Origin: Octopus sinensis
Lineage: Eukaryota
Direction: 5' to 3'
DNA length: 64,000 nt
NCBI RefSeq assembly: GCF_006345805.1
Contig: NC_043003.1
Location: forward strand, 76,136,001 to 76,200,000
Shown: in pieces, positions 48,430-59,901 of the stretch
How the letters are laid out: each line of letters opens with the position of its first letter
Position numbering within the stretch: the first letter of the stretch is position 1
Program-made: the position numbers and the translations under genes
Notes under the pieces: model-generated
Databases searched by the model: none
Told to the model about the DNA's origin: nothing
Seen by the model: only the letters and a program-made list of their open reading frames with translations

Positions 48430-50950
48430 CCACCCTACCGCCAACTGAAGTATCCAACGCGACTTTTGACTCAAATCATGCAAAATTCCAGTGGGGTTCA
48501 TAATGCGTACCCAAGCGTTTACCAAACTTGGCGAGTAATTCAGAAGCAGTATATCTCACATTTTAGCTTTCAAGTTTAAGCATTTTAGGAGTTATAGACT
48601 TTTTTTAATTTGTTACCACTTAGGCCTTACTCTAGGAAATATCTTCTTCATCTCCTTTTTATTTCTGTGACGCTAAAAACTCTGACTATATTAACTGTTT
48701 CTCAGAATAGTAGACTTATCCAATTAGGATATCTAGAATAATGTCTCATAATAGTAGTGCTTGTGACACTCAAGGAAACAAAAAATATCTGAACGAAGAA
48801 TTTCGTACAATTTCAAGGCTCACATAAGAAAAGAAGACCTGTTCCTCCTGAAGAGAATTCTTTGGAAAACAACTGCAGGATATCAATGAATCTTCAAATT
48901 GTCGGTCACTACCGGTTCCTTGAAGGAACCATCAAAGGAAGGAAAGAAAGAACAAAGGAAGCTTCGAAATAAGTAGCTTTTTATGGCAAAAGAAATTAAA
49001 TTTCCCATATTTATCAATTCAAAATATACAAGCTTTAGTGGAAAAAAGTGTTCAATGCCTACGACAAATGCATAAAACGAGGAAAATATGATTCATTGAA
49101 AGAAATTTTTGGCATCACAAAAGGAAAACGGTGAATAGCTGTGCAGTGAGGATAGAAGGTTATATTATCTTCATATTGAAAACAAGGGGTAGGTTGGGTA
49201 TGCAAATGGAAAGACAGCCAGTTCCAAAACTATCAATCCAAAAGAAGAAAGGTGTCCTTAATGGCAACTTCAACCAGAGCAACCCCAGTGTCATCATCAA
49301 CCTCTGAAGCAGAGACGGAAAGTGAATATCAAGAGTGCGAAAAATCAGATGAAAGATCCACACAAACAAGGAGGACTTATAGGAAAACTGGAACTTCAAC
49401 CAAGTTAGTAATATCTTCCAAGCTATCAACCCCAAAAGATGTAACATTTTGTCGACAATTATCTCAAGGTGGATTCAGTGCCGAGACTCATTCCCAATCT
49501 GGTATTTAGAAAATGACTATCAAAGAAGCTATTAAACAAAAAAAGAAAATGAAGCAAAAACAACATTTAGAAAACTTTTACATTTACCATCATTGTAATT
49601 TTGATGCTAAATATATTGATAACCAAGAATACCGAGTGTAAGCTTTAAAGAATGAACAGGGAAGTTAAGTTGGAAGAACTCTGAATACGAAACAGAAATG
49701 CCGATACTATTGTGAAAGGAATAACAGCTGTTTTAGAGGAGTACAATTTATGGAACTGTGTAAAGATGATTGGCACTGATACGAGTATGAACACTGGGAA
49801 AAGAAATGGCATTGTCACTCAGTTGCAAAGACTGTTTGGTCAAAAGGGTTTGAAAGAACTACAATTCATTGATTGTCAGCATCATATCCTTGATATATTT
49901 CTTCGTGTTGTAATGAATAACGAACTTGGAGAAAATATCATCTCCTAATACTGAATATACATTCATCACAGGGCTTCTAAATAATTACGAGAAACTCCAC
50001 GCTAACTTCAACAATGGTGAAGAAAAGATTACGGAATCAGCAGAATAGGGAGATTACATGAAATTACTATTTCATTTGACCAGGGTTTTTCGTTTCTTTG
50101 AAGAAACTGGCATATTTCCTACTGTAGAATTTCAAAAATTACCCAACTTATGTAATGAGAGATGGAATTCTCAACTTAAGTAATGCAAGATGGAATTCTC
50201 TTTTGACATTTATCCTTCTACCAGTGAAAAGAGTTTTGCTTCTCAATATTTGTCGATTCATCTCTTACAGCTGGGCATATTTTTGGTTCACTTACCAAAT
50301 GTTCAATGTACATGATTATCAGAAGTTATGTGGTAACCTGCAAGTTCATAAAAAAAAGCATTGAACTCTGTAAAAAACAAATCAGACTGTAGAACGGGCA
50401 ATCAAGTGCTTCAAGATGTTCATGATGTTTGTAAAAAGAAGTAGAAACTTCGTCTTCGATTTATTCTATCTAACAAAACATATTAATGCTTTATGTTTAA
50501 AACTTTACTACCATTCAGCACCCTTTTGCTTATACAGTTATTTAAATTGGGATTAAGCCTATAAAGTTAAAAATATGTATTGTTTTTAATTTTGCATGTT
50601 ACCGAATGCTTGTAGTGGGCTCTGTCTTAAAATAGCTTAGTTTTGAAATTTTGCATAGGGCAATTTCAATTCAGTAATCTTTAAAATGTACAAGTAGACC
50701 TTTATTCCACATCTCTCGTGCATTTAGGCAACGAAAATACTGTAGTGTGGATCTAATGCCACCTAGTGATTATAGTCTTAAAAGCCCTTAACTCCGCAAC
50801 TACAACTAGAAAGCTGAAATCTGAGATATACTATTGAGCTAGCATACCAAGTTTCCTAAAATCTTGAGCAGGTGTTATGAACACCCTCTAGAATTTTGCA
50901 TGATTTGAGTCAAAATCGGTGCTCAGTTTCTAAAGTTGGAAGTTGGGGGA
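48430..50950 (+). mobile_element. hAT-like (hATm-type) DNA transposon fossil with long imperfect terminal inverted repeats
   Basis: ADTIVKGI..MIGTDT.MNTGKRNG..FIDCQHHILD (DTTxxNTG...CxHH pattern) at ~49700-49920; IR 48464-48600 / 50780-50915. Confidence 0.6.
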
Positions 50951-51214
50951 TGTTTCTTTCAAATAAAGCAAAACAAATTGTATCATCCTGACTTCTATAA
51001 CATTTTACATCGAATTACAGTAAAGGGTTATTAGGTTGTGAAAAATTCATAACACTAACGTACACGTATACGAAGTAAATCAAAGAATTTTAAGGATTTC
51101 CACTAACGTTCATTAACTTGAAAGAACTTGTCCAATCGTTACTGATTTGCTTATTATTATTATCATTATTTTCATATATAACATACAGAGATTAATTATT
51201 TATTCTTTATTTTA

Positions 51215-52070
51215 CAGCTTCGATAATGAATGATAAAAAATGCAATTAATACGATTTCACGCTACCTGTACAAAAAAGGGACGAAACGGTAGCGGCTTGG
51301 GAAATAATTATGTAGAAGGCCCAGGAACTGTCATGAACGTGTGGAACGAATCTGGTTCAGACGTTTCAAGGAAGGTGACACCAACTTGCTAGACAAACCA
51401 AGGTCATGGAAACCTTGTTTTGTGGAAGGTGTGGCATTACTTGAAATGGCTGTACAATAACCAAGCACTTGTATATTGCCGGTGAATCATGGTCCTTCAC
51501 ATAGCACCATCAATCGATACCTCCATTATCTTGACCTTATGAACAGATGCTGTACCCTGACGCCGGGCTCAACGACGTGTATACATTTGCAAACATCTGC
51601 TGACAAATCCTCAAGATGGCCTGTTTTTTGGCATCCAATTGTTGGTAGGGACGAAAATTGGATCTATTTTCGTAACTCTAATTAAGAGAAATCTGTGGCT
51701 TCGTTCCGATGAAAGTTTAGAACTTGTTGTCCTTCACAGTCACGATGTGAACTCTAACTTTTATGATCGACAGCTGCAGCGAATATATCATGATTTAAAA
51801 CCCCGCTTTCCTGAATTGATCAAGCGAAGATGTACTCTCTTCCAGCATGACAATGCGCCAACACACACTCCCAATATGACCTAGCCGAAATTTTAGGAAC
51901 TTCCGAGTCTGGAAGTACTGCTTCACCCTGGATATAGTCCGGCTCTTGCACCATCAGTTTATCGCTTTCTATGAGTTATGGTTCATTTTCCACACAGACG
52001 AAGTTTCAACAATGTAGCTGAGGTTGAAGAGGAATGTTTGTAAGGAAGTGTTTACCTTTAAACCAACCAA
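51215..52070 (+). pseudogene. mariner (DD34D-type) transposase fossil
   Basis: WFRRFKEGD..L.DKPRS, IVGRDENWIYF, FQHDNAPTH, HPGYSPALAPS (YSPDLAPSD-like); many stops and frameshifts. Confidence 0.8.
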
Positions 52071-54060
52071 ATAATATACAACTAGAACTGAGCCTCTGGC
52101 ACAACGATGGCAACTAAAATAGTATACTTAAACAGTGACAGGGTTTTAATTCGTGTTGCAGTGGTATGGCCACCGCTGTCGCGGAGCCCATATGTTTCTA
52201 TAGCAGTGCAAACCTTATTTTTAACAGAGAGATAAATAGGAAAAGTACTGGCCTCAGTAAGTTTCCCCAAGCTATTGACTAGCTATGGTGTTGATATTGG
52301 GATGGCATAACTAGACAAGATGAAGTAAATTCTTTCTACCACTTTTTCCAGCACAAGAGATCTCAATTTTGATGATTTGAAGCTAATCGTGGCCCATGAA
52401 ATAGAGATATCGAGTCCTTAATTGGTTTTCTTCGAATTCTCCTTCAGGGTCCCAATATGTTCAGCATCATCCACAGTTCTTGAAAGAGTCTCGGACTGAG
52501 TTTACAGACACGTTACTATAATTCACTGGGCCTTCGAGAAGAGGGTGACCGTCTTGTTTGAACAACCTCGTTAACTTTCCTCCAGTTTGGCTCATTCATG
52601 TTACACAGGATCGGTACAAACTAATTTTGCGACATGACATATTCAATTTCTATTTCCTAACGTTGACATTGTTTCAATTTTCCTGAATATTTACTCATAA
52701 AAACTTTCCACAAATAACGATTTCTTGATTTTCTAAATTCACGATAAAATCTTAGTTTTCTAACAATAACATATTTTAATTATGTCGTAACACTGAGAAA
52801 TATTTTATGAGTTTTAAGAGATATGCGATGAAATCCTACTTGAGATCGTATTGTAGAAATTTAATTTATTTGTTTATTTATATATTAAATACAATTGCAA
52901 TACGTGGAATAATATATTTCACACTTCTACTTTAACTTGGAACATTGTTCACCAAATATGGTACTGATCACGTTATCATATTTTACAGCTGAAGTTCAAT
53001 ATGCCATAGCGTCTTGTTAATAAGAGAAGAGTCCCTGCGATGAAGGAAGAAGTCATTTATTTTACATGTCATAAGACGCAATATATCACGTCGGTCATGC
53101 TTGCAGAGAGAAATTACAACAACAAACGGAGTGGGGGTCATAGACAATCGGAGGGGCTAAATGCCGGCGAGCAGTTGTGAGCGGTATTACTCTGAAGTTA
53201 TTGGTATCCTCCGTATTATTTAAAAATTGATATTTATGAAGAACGTCAGGTAACGGTATTTTACGGGGACATAAACACAGCAAAACTGCTTGTACTTCAC
53301 TTGTGATTTATTGACCTTGAAATCGATAGAAAGCAAAATTGATCTACAATAATCCAATACAGATAACCATATACAAAAATCTTATACCAATAATAATTAT
53401 CATTTAGAACGTTTATGACATACACATTATATTCTTGTCAACTGTAGAAGAATTTGCTTGTTAGTTCTTCTGCGCCTATCATCAGGAGGAGAGGTAAGAT
53501 TGAAACACTTTGGTGTCTGACATTGCCTTAACAGAATGTCACATATTAAGGGGCTATCGATTATACAGAGCGCAGTAATTAATAAGTACATTTTAACTAT
53601 GTAGATCAACTAATTTAACTACAGTAAGGCAGGGCTACAGGCAACATATTGATTCTGTATGAAAACGATGCAATTATAACAACTATATTTCAGTATTGAT
53701 GTTTCATTAAGAGAAAAATTAAAGTAATTAGCGCCGACTTATCCTTTAAATAGTTTCAATATGCTGCAATAAAAATCAGTTACAGGTACAAAACAAGAAA
53801 GTTGAAAATAAAACAGAATGCAACCTTGTAAATATATTCCACGAATATTACATATCTATTCTCCCATTTAATCAGAGATCAAAGTACAGGATAAATTTCA
53901 CACCGTGCTTGTATAGCAATAAATAATTAGTTTCCTAATGACAAGTTACTACTGTGTACAATTAACTAGCTGTTTTAAACAAAGCACGGTTCCTTTATTT
54001 GCTGACATACATACATACATATAATATATGGATGCGTGTGTGTGTGCATAGATAGATAGA

Positions 54061-55995
54061 TATGTTTCTTTATTAGCCACACAGGGCTGCACACAGATAG
54101 AACAAATTACAAGGTAGAGCTTTTCTTTTGAAGGTTTAAAAAAAATAAAAAAATAAAAAAATAAAAAAATAAAAAATAAGAAAAAAATAAAATAAAATAA
54201 AATAAAAATAAAATAAAAATAAAATAAAAAAGGGGGGGTCGATCAAAGGGGATCGTAAAAGGAGAGAAAGAGGACAAAAAAAAAGTGGGGGGTTAAAAAA
54301 AAGGGGGAGAGGAAAAAATTGATCAATAGGGATCGTTATCACAGAAATGTCAATATGAAGTGTAAAGGGGGGACAGGTGAGGTTTACCCGTGGAAAGAAA
54401 AGCCTACGGAAAAGACCACGGTAACCTCGGTCAATGAAGTCACATGTTATATTTCTTTCTTTTTTTTTTTTTTGCAAATAAGCAACTCTCTGTATTAATT
54501 TTTACGGTTCATAGAATCATAGTCAAGGTGGCTTCGTCATTCATACGTGCCATCCTTGCTACATTCACCCATCTTTTTTTAAAACATTCACTAGACAAAA
54601 CTTGCCTCTCTACTCTCTCACTTTTTTCTTCAAGTGATACTTGAAGAAGTTGATGAGAGATTGACCAGAGAGGAAAGTGTTTGTCTCTAATCCTTTCAGA
54701 CGCGTCCACCATACATTCTTTCGCCATAGCCACAAGTATGATAAAAATAGCTCTTCCTTCCCGTTTGAAGGAAGGAGGCGTGACGATATTAACGATAGAC
54801 TCGGCTGATAAACCGACACGTCCCACACGTGACAGCAGTCGTTCGACATAAGCCCACAGGTGGGAAATTGCTGGACACTGCACGATTGCGTGCAGAGCGG
54901 TTTCGTCGCTCTGCCCGCATCTCGGGCAGGTCGGCCCCGTGTTTCTCGAGCCATGCCTATAGAGCTTATCCCGAACGGGTAGCGCTTCTCGGTAGCACCG
55001 CCAGGCCAGGGATCTCTGGAAGTTGTCCATAGGTCCCGGCCGAAAGTCGTTTGAAACAGGCGGGTCAGGTATTCTTCGTCGACGCCCAGGTTTGCCCCGA
55101 GCTCGTCGTCGTACCTCCCCTCCACTAATCCCCTATAGAATGCTTTGGTTGTGTTGAAGTCACTCAAGGTCGACCCGGGACGGCAGAGTTGCTTGAGAGC
55201 AACGCGACACTCGCGGTGCCATTCGCCCTTCTTCGGCCTCTTTTTGATCCACGACTGTAGTTCGGTCATGGAGACGAGTTGCGGGAATGCGTGCCTCACA
55301 AACGGCGACCACACCTGTTCACCGTCGTCTACATAGAGCCGGAGATGTCGCAGTCTCAGCGCGTGTCTGCGCATCATCAACCACGGCATGCCCAGCCCTC
55401 CTTTTAACGGGTGTTGACAGCAAATGGATCGCCTGACCATCGGGACGCATCCTTTCCACAAGAAGCGGAAGAGGATGCGTTCTAGTTTGGTGATGGTAGG
55501 GTCGGGACAAGGTACGACGGTCAGGCGGTAGTAGATGATGGACGCGATGTACGCGTTCACCACCTCCGCCCGACCTTTTAGGGACAGTTTCCTCCTCTCG
55601 GCCCATTGCTGGGCGAGAGTGACCACCCTACTCGTTATCTCGTTCCAGTTCTTCTCCATTTGGAGGTCCGGACCGAACCAGACCCCGAGCAACTCAACCA
55701 GGCCGTCTGTCCAGCGTCCCACGACGGAGGTACTGGTGGACGGCATGGGCTTGCTTCTCCAGGTGCCGAGCCGCAAGCCCACTGACTTTTCCCGGTTGAT
55801 TTTTGCTCCTGTCACCGCTTCGTAGTCTTTCAGTGTCTCGCCGACCCGCTCGATGTGCTCGTGGCTTGACACTATGACGGTGACGTCGTCCGCGTATGCA
55901 GACACGCTCGTCCCGCATCCTAATTCTCGCGGGATGCCCCTCAGAGTCGCCAGCTTCCGCAGTAGTGGCTCAAGAGTCAATACGTATAGAAGCGT
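54061..55995 (-). mobile_element. Young 5'-truncated Tx1/L1 LINE flanked by (GATA)n
   Basis: RT C-terminal half + zinc-binding region, polypurine-rich 3' UTR, AATAAA on minus near 54070; GATA repeats on both sides. Confidence 0.9.
54610..55980 (-). CDS. Tx1-like ORF2 C-terminal part (RT YADD motif; zf-RVT continues after a frameshift in 54509-55030)
   Basis: 456 aa open with SAYADDVTV, INREKS, LLGVWF, LSLKGRA, PLKGGLGMP; WRCYREALP..CPRC..H..C in the overlapping frame. Confidence 0.85.
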   Translation of the reverse strand: MTLEPLLRKLATLRGIPRELGCGTSVSAYADDVTVIVSSHEHIERVGETLKDYEAVTGAKINREKSVGLRLGTWRSKPMPSTSTSVVGRWTDGLVELLGVWFGPDLQMEKNWNEITSRVVTLAQQWAERRKLSLKGRAEVVNAYIASIIYYRLTVVPCPDPTITKLERILFRFLWKGCVPMVRRSICCQHPLKGGLGMPWLMMRRHALRLRHLRLYVDDGEQVWSPFVRHAFPQLVSMTELQSWIKKRPKKGEWHRECRVALKQLCRPGSTLSDFNTTKAFYRGLVEGRYDDELGANLGVDEEYLTRLFQTTFGRDLWTTSRDPWPGGATEKRYPFGISSIGMARETRGRPARDAGRATKPLCTQSCSVQQFPTCGLMSNDCCHVWDVSVYQPSLSLISSRLLPSNGKEELFLSYLWLWRKNVWWTRLKGLETNTFLSGQSLINFFKYHLKKKVRE

Positions 55996-56086
<91 letters not shown>

Positions 56087-56095
56087 GACAGACAG
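55996..56095. repeat. (GATA)n/(GACA)n microsatellite
   Basis: Direct reading. Confidence 0.95.
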
Positions 56096-56099
56096 ACAC

Positions 56100-56180
56100 A
56101 TAGATTTCTTTATTAAGCCACGCAGGGCCGAACTCAGTAACACCGGTTGTCAAACTGTGGAAAGGGGAAATACAGGCACA
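56100..56180 (-). mobile_element. Second Tx1-like 3' terminus
   Basis: TTTCTTTATT.AGCCAC.CAGGGC matches 54064-54090. Confidence 0.5.
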
Positions 56181-56194
56181 AATACACACACGCT

Positions 56195-56336
56195 CTGAGT
56201 TCAAATTCTGCCGAGCTCGACTTTGCATTTCATCCTTTGGGGGTCGATTAATTAAGTACTAGTTGCATACTGCGGTAGATCTAATTGACTGGCCCCCTCA
56301 CCCAAAATGTCGGGCCTTGTGCCTGGAGTAGAAAAG
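56195..56336 (+). mobile_element. MetaSINE-like SINE, headless
   Basis: CTGAGTTCAAATTCTGCCGAG..CATCCTTTGGGGGTCGATTAATTAAGTAC. Confidence 0.7.
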
Positions 56337-56510
56337 AAGAAAAGGAAGAAGGAGAAAGGGAAGAAGGAGAAAGGGAAGAAGAAGAAGGAGAAAGGAAGAA
56401 GAAGAAGAAGAAGAAGAAGAAGAAGAAGAAGAAGGAGAAAGGGAAGAAGAAGAAGAAGAAGAAGAAGAAGAAGAAGAAGAAGAAGAAGAAGAAGAAGAAG
56501 AAGAAGAAGA
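56337..56510. repeat. (GAA)n purine tract
   Basis: Direct reading. Confidence 0.95.
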
Positions 56511-56569
56511 ATCTGCCATGCGGTAGGCACAAATTTTGGGCATGGACATAATAAAAATCCTTTCTTTTT

Positions 56570-56757
56570 GGAGGGTGGAAACTAGTCGATAGCATCACCC
56601 CCACTCCCAGTGTTTCACGGCTATTCAATCTATCGAACGCGAAAAATGAAAAGTAATATCGACTTCGGTAGTATTTGAACCCAGAACGCAAAAACGAAGA
56701 AAATGCAGCTAAGGGTTTCGTTCGGCGTGGTAACGATTCAGCCAGCTCGCTGCCTTA
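56570..56757 (-). mobile_element. Degraded MetaSINE-like SINE
   Basis: TTTGAACCCAGAACG and GCCAGCTCGCTGCCTTA on plus (reverse complement of B-box and head). Confidence 0.6.
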
Positions 56758-57009
56758 GTAATGATAATAATAATAATTGTTGTTGCTGTTGCACGCTACA
56801 CGCAATCTCCTTATCCCACTAACAGGCTCCAACAGTCAGTGTCCGATAGGTCTGAAGACCGTAGGCCAGCTCAGCAAACCAACTTGCTTAGATCGGTAGA
56901 AGCAGTAGTCAAAGAAATCAGAAAAGTTGAAAATAACAATATCGTTGAATCTTCCTGATTCACGTACTAGTACCATACTTGCTTTGAGTCCGGAACTGTA
57001 GTCCACCCG

Positions 57010-57480
57010 TCGGGAAAGGAACATTTTCTTTTATGTTTTTGAGGCCAAATCTTAAACGTGCTAGCATTTTTGACAGATCAAATAGAAACTTCTCTGGAGC
57101 GTTTCCAATGACCAGTTCAAATGCATACGCCAGGGCAAAAAGGCCACACTCATATGCGCCAACTTGGGGATTAATTATATGAACTTGTTGAATTGTAGGA
57201 ATGATGTTTGTTTGTGGTGACTACAACGTTGTTACTTGTGCCATTACTTCCTGCGTAACTGGTAAATTCAAACTGTCATAAATATAAACATCTCCGAAAA
57301 AATTGGTTTACAAAACAAAATGATTGTTTCTGGTGTGATGAATAAACAGTGTGCGGTGTTGATTATATGTTATAAATTCCGTGTGAGAAAAAATAGCTGG
57401 TTGTATTGAAATATCTGGAAACTTTTCCGTTACGATTTTCAACCAGGCGTCAATGAGTTTATCATATAATATTTGTCCTG
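57010..57480 (-). pseudogene. Ulp1/SENP-like (C48-type) cysteine protease domain, two in-frame stops
   Basis: Manual translation LYDKLIDAWL..FPDI..IHHTRNNHFVL*..VYIYDSL..QQVHIINPQVGAYECGLFALAYAFEL..P..F.FD.SKM..PFP; His ~57320, Asp ~57276, Cys ~57147. Confidence 0.7.
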
Positions 57481-57746
57481 AAAGAAAAATGACTTCTTAT
57501 ATTTCAAAGCAAATCTTCTCAACCAAAATATCCCGTTGCTCAGGGAAATGGGAAATCAGCTTTTTCAACTTTTTTTTTTCATCAGGGTTAAAATTTACTT
57601 TTTTTTCCAAAGTTCATCACACAGTTACACAAAAAGTTCAAACGATTTTTAGAAGAACATACCTTTTCAAGGACACTCGAAATCTCCTTAATATCTGCAA
57701 CAAGCAGTATTAATTTTGAACGATAGTGTTCAATAAGAGCTTTCAT

Positions 57747-58040
57747 TTACTTAAATGAATTGCTCTCACCAATTAATTTAAACTTTTGGATCAATGAATT
57801 GTCAGGCTTTGATGCACATATTGTTATATTTGATGTAAGACCGTCCGGTATAACTTTTTCTTGTTTGCATGTTTCCAGAAATGATAGATGGCTCTTGACT
57901 TTAGCACGAAAACGATTAAGTTTTTTCACTGATAGAAATGTCGATTTCTCAATTTCTGTTTCATATTTGAATGGTATAAAATCCATTGGCCCAGGATTGG
58001 GTTCAACGCTGGCGTCTTGCGAAACTAACATGGCTGACAA
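57747..58040 (-). pseudogene. PLE ORF N-terminus with 2A-like motif
   Basis: SVEPNPGP (57987-58010) followed by SHLSFLETCKQEKVIPDGL, resembling the PLE N-terminal H..FL..C....IPxGL motif. Confidence 0.6.
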
Positions 58041-58959
58041 GCCAAATGTGAGAAGGAATAAAACGCAAAAGCTGTAATTTACATTACGATTTTCCTTAGA
58101 CGCCTGTCAAACATTATTCCTACAATTCAACAAGTTCATATAATTAATCCCCAAGTTGCCGCATCCGATTGTGGCCTTTTTGCCCTGGCGCATGCATTTT
58201 AACTGGTCATTGGAAATGCTCCAGAGAATTTTCTATTGATCAGTCAAAAATGCGGGCGCATTTAAGATTTTGCCTCGAAAACAATAAATTTGTTCCCTTC
58301 CCGAAAGTAAAGGTTTTTCAAATGTCTACAAAAACCACAGAAGTCATTCACTTTCTATCACCCACCCAGAAATGGATTACTCCTAGAAGGACGACTAAAA
58401 ATTATAATTTTTCACATGAACATTCAGAATAAATGTTATCACCCGATAGGTTCCGTGTTTTAAGTGAATATTTTGAACAAAGCCCAAAAAGTAGTCAGGA
58501 ATTTAATGAGAAAAAGAATCTGCAAACCACTTGCCCGAGAAAAACCACCAGACTAGAGAATAAGTCGGTCATAAATTTATCTAAACTAAAACTTTCGCCC
58601 GACTATGTCTCAGTCTTAGAGTTTGGACTGAGTTTTTGCCCAAGCACTAAGAATTTCGACAGGAATATACTAGCTCAAGGGCTATTTCAGTTTTCCGCCG
58701 TTACAAGCTGAAAGAATATTTTTTTTGGAAAAACTGGTAACGAGGAGACGGAAAACCCTATGTTTACTAAACATAAAAATGATGATGATCGAATCTGGCA
58801 TAATTGGACTGAAAAGAATTCCGATTGGTATCCAGATAAAGTTCGGGATGGACGTTCACAGCACAACTGAAATTTCTTGAATCTTGTCAGGCAGACATTA
58901 AAGAAAGCATTAAAACAAGTGGAAGGAAGTCCTGGAATAACCTCACAAATTCCCAACGT

Positions 58960-59891
58960 TAAGCACTCCGACGTCTAGCTAATAGCGATTCTATTGTTAT
59001 TAAGATAGCAGATAAGGGAGGCGCTATCGTAATTATGGACGAAAGTGAGTATATTTCGGTTTGTGAAGAAGTTTAAATGACAAAACTTCATATGAAGAAT
59101 TACCTGTCGATTCAAACCCCAATTACAGAGAGGAACTTGACAAAATAATTCTGGAAATGGAGGAAAACAATTTTGTTAATAAGGCTGAATCTAAGATTTT
59201 AAAGTCAGAAAGAACAACACCTGTATTTTATGGTCTCTCTAAAATACACAAAAGGCTCGAAAGATTTCCTCTAATACGCCCAATTTGCAGCGGATGTTGC
59301 ACGGCCATAATTTCGGAATGGCTGGATGGCTTTCTATTCACCGTCGCAAAACGATCATGTTCCTATATTTGGGATACCTTTGATTTTGTATCTAAAATCA
59401 AAAGGTTTTTTAAGCACCGATGCCGAATTGAGAACAGTTTTTTGGTAATTATGGATGTTTCATCCTTACATCCCAATAATGACCACAATGAAGAGGCAGA
59501 AGCATGCATGGATGACTTCGAAAAGCGGCCAAACAAAAGTATTCCATCAAATTTTCTCTGTAGATTATTGAGGTTTGTGTTAGAAAGTAACACAATGAAG
59601 TTTAGACAAAGCTCTTACCACCAGAGGAAGGGTTGCGCCATGGGTACACCCATGGCAGTTAATTTTGCTAATGTCTTCATGACCAAATTCGGGACACAGT
59701 TACTGAAGACATTCAAATCTCTACATGGTCATGAACCAATACTCTGGTTACGGTTCATTGACGACGTATTTTTTGTCAGGGAAATATCACAAGATAGTTT
59801 AATGGACTTCTTGTATTTCTGTGACTGTGAAGCTAGACACTATGGCTTTAAGTCCAACATAAAATTTACGTCTAATTTTTTCAAAAACTAG
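58960..59891 (+). pseudogene. PLE reverse transcriptase
   Basis: IVIKIADKGGAIVIMD, FYGLSKIHK, RPICSG, MDVSSLHPN, GCAMGTPMA..FAN, WLRFIDDVF. Confidence 0.9.
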
Positions 59892-59901
59892 TGTTGAATT
59901 T

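Noticed and set aside
52300-52640. Protein-like minus-strand stretch (..KQDGHPLLEGP..YWDPEGEF..)
   Set aside because: Interrupted by stops, and I cannot assign it to any family.
53451-53502. Candidate 46-nt exon with a strong GAG/gtaaga donor
   Set aside because: Isolated, short and unrecognisable peptide; such sites are expected by chance.
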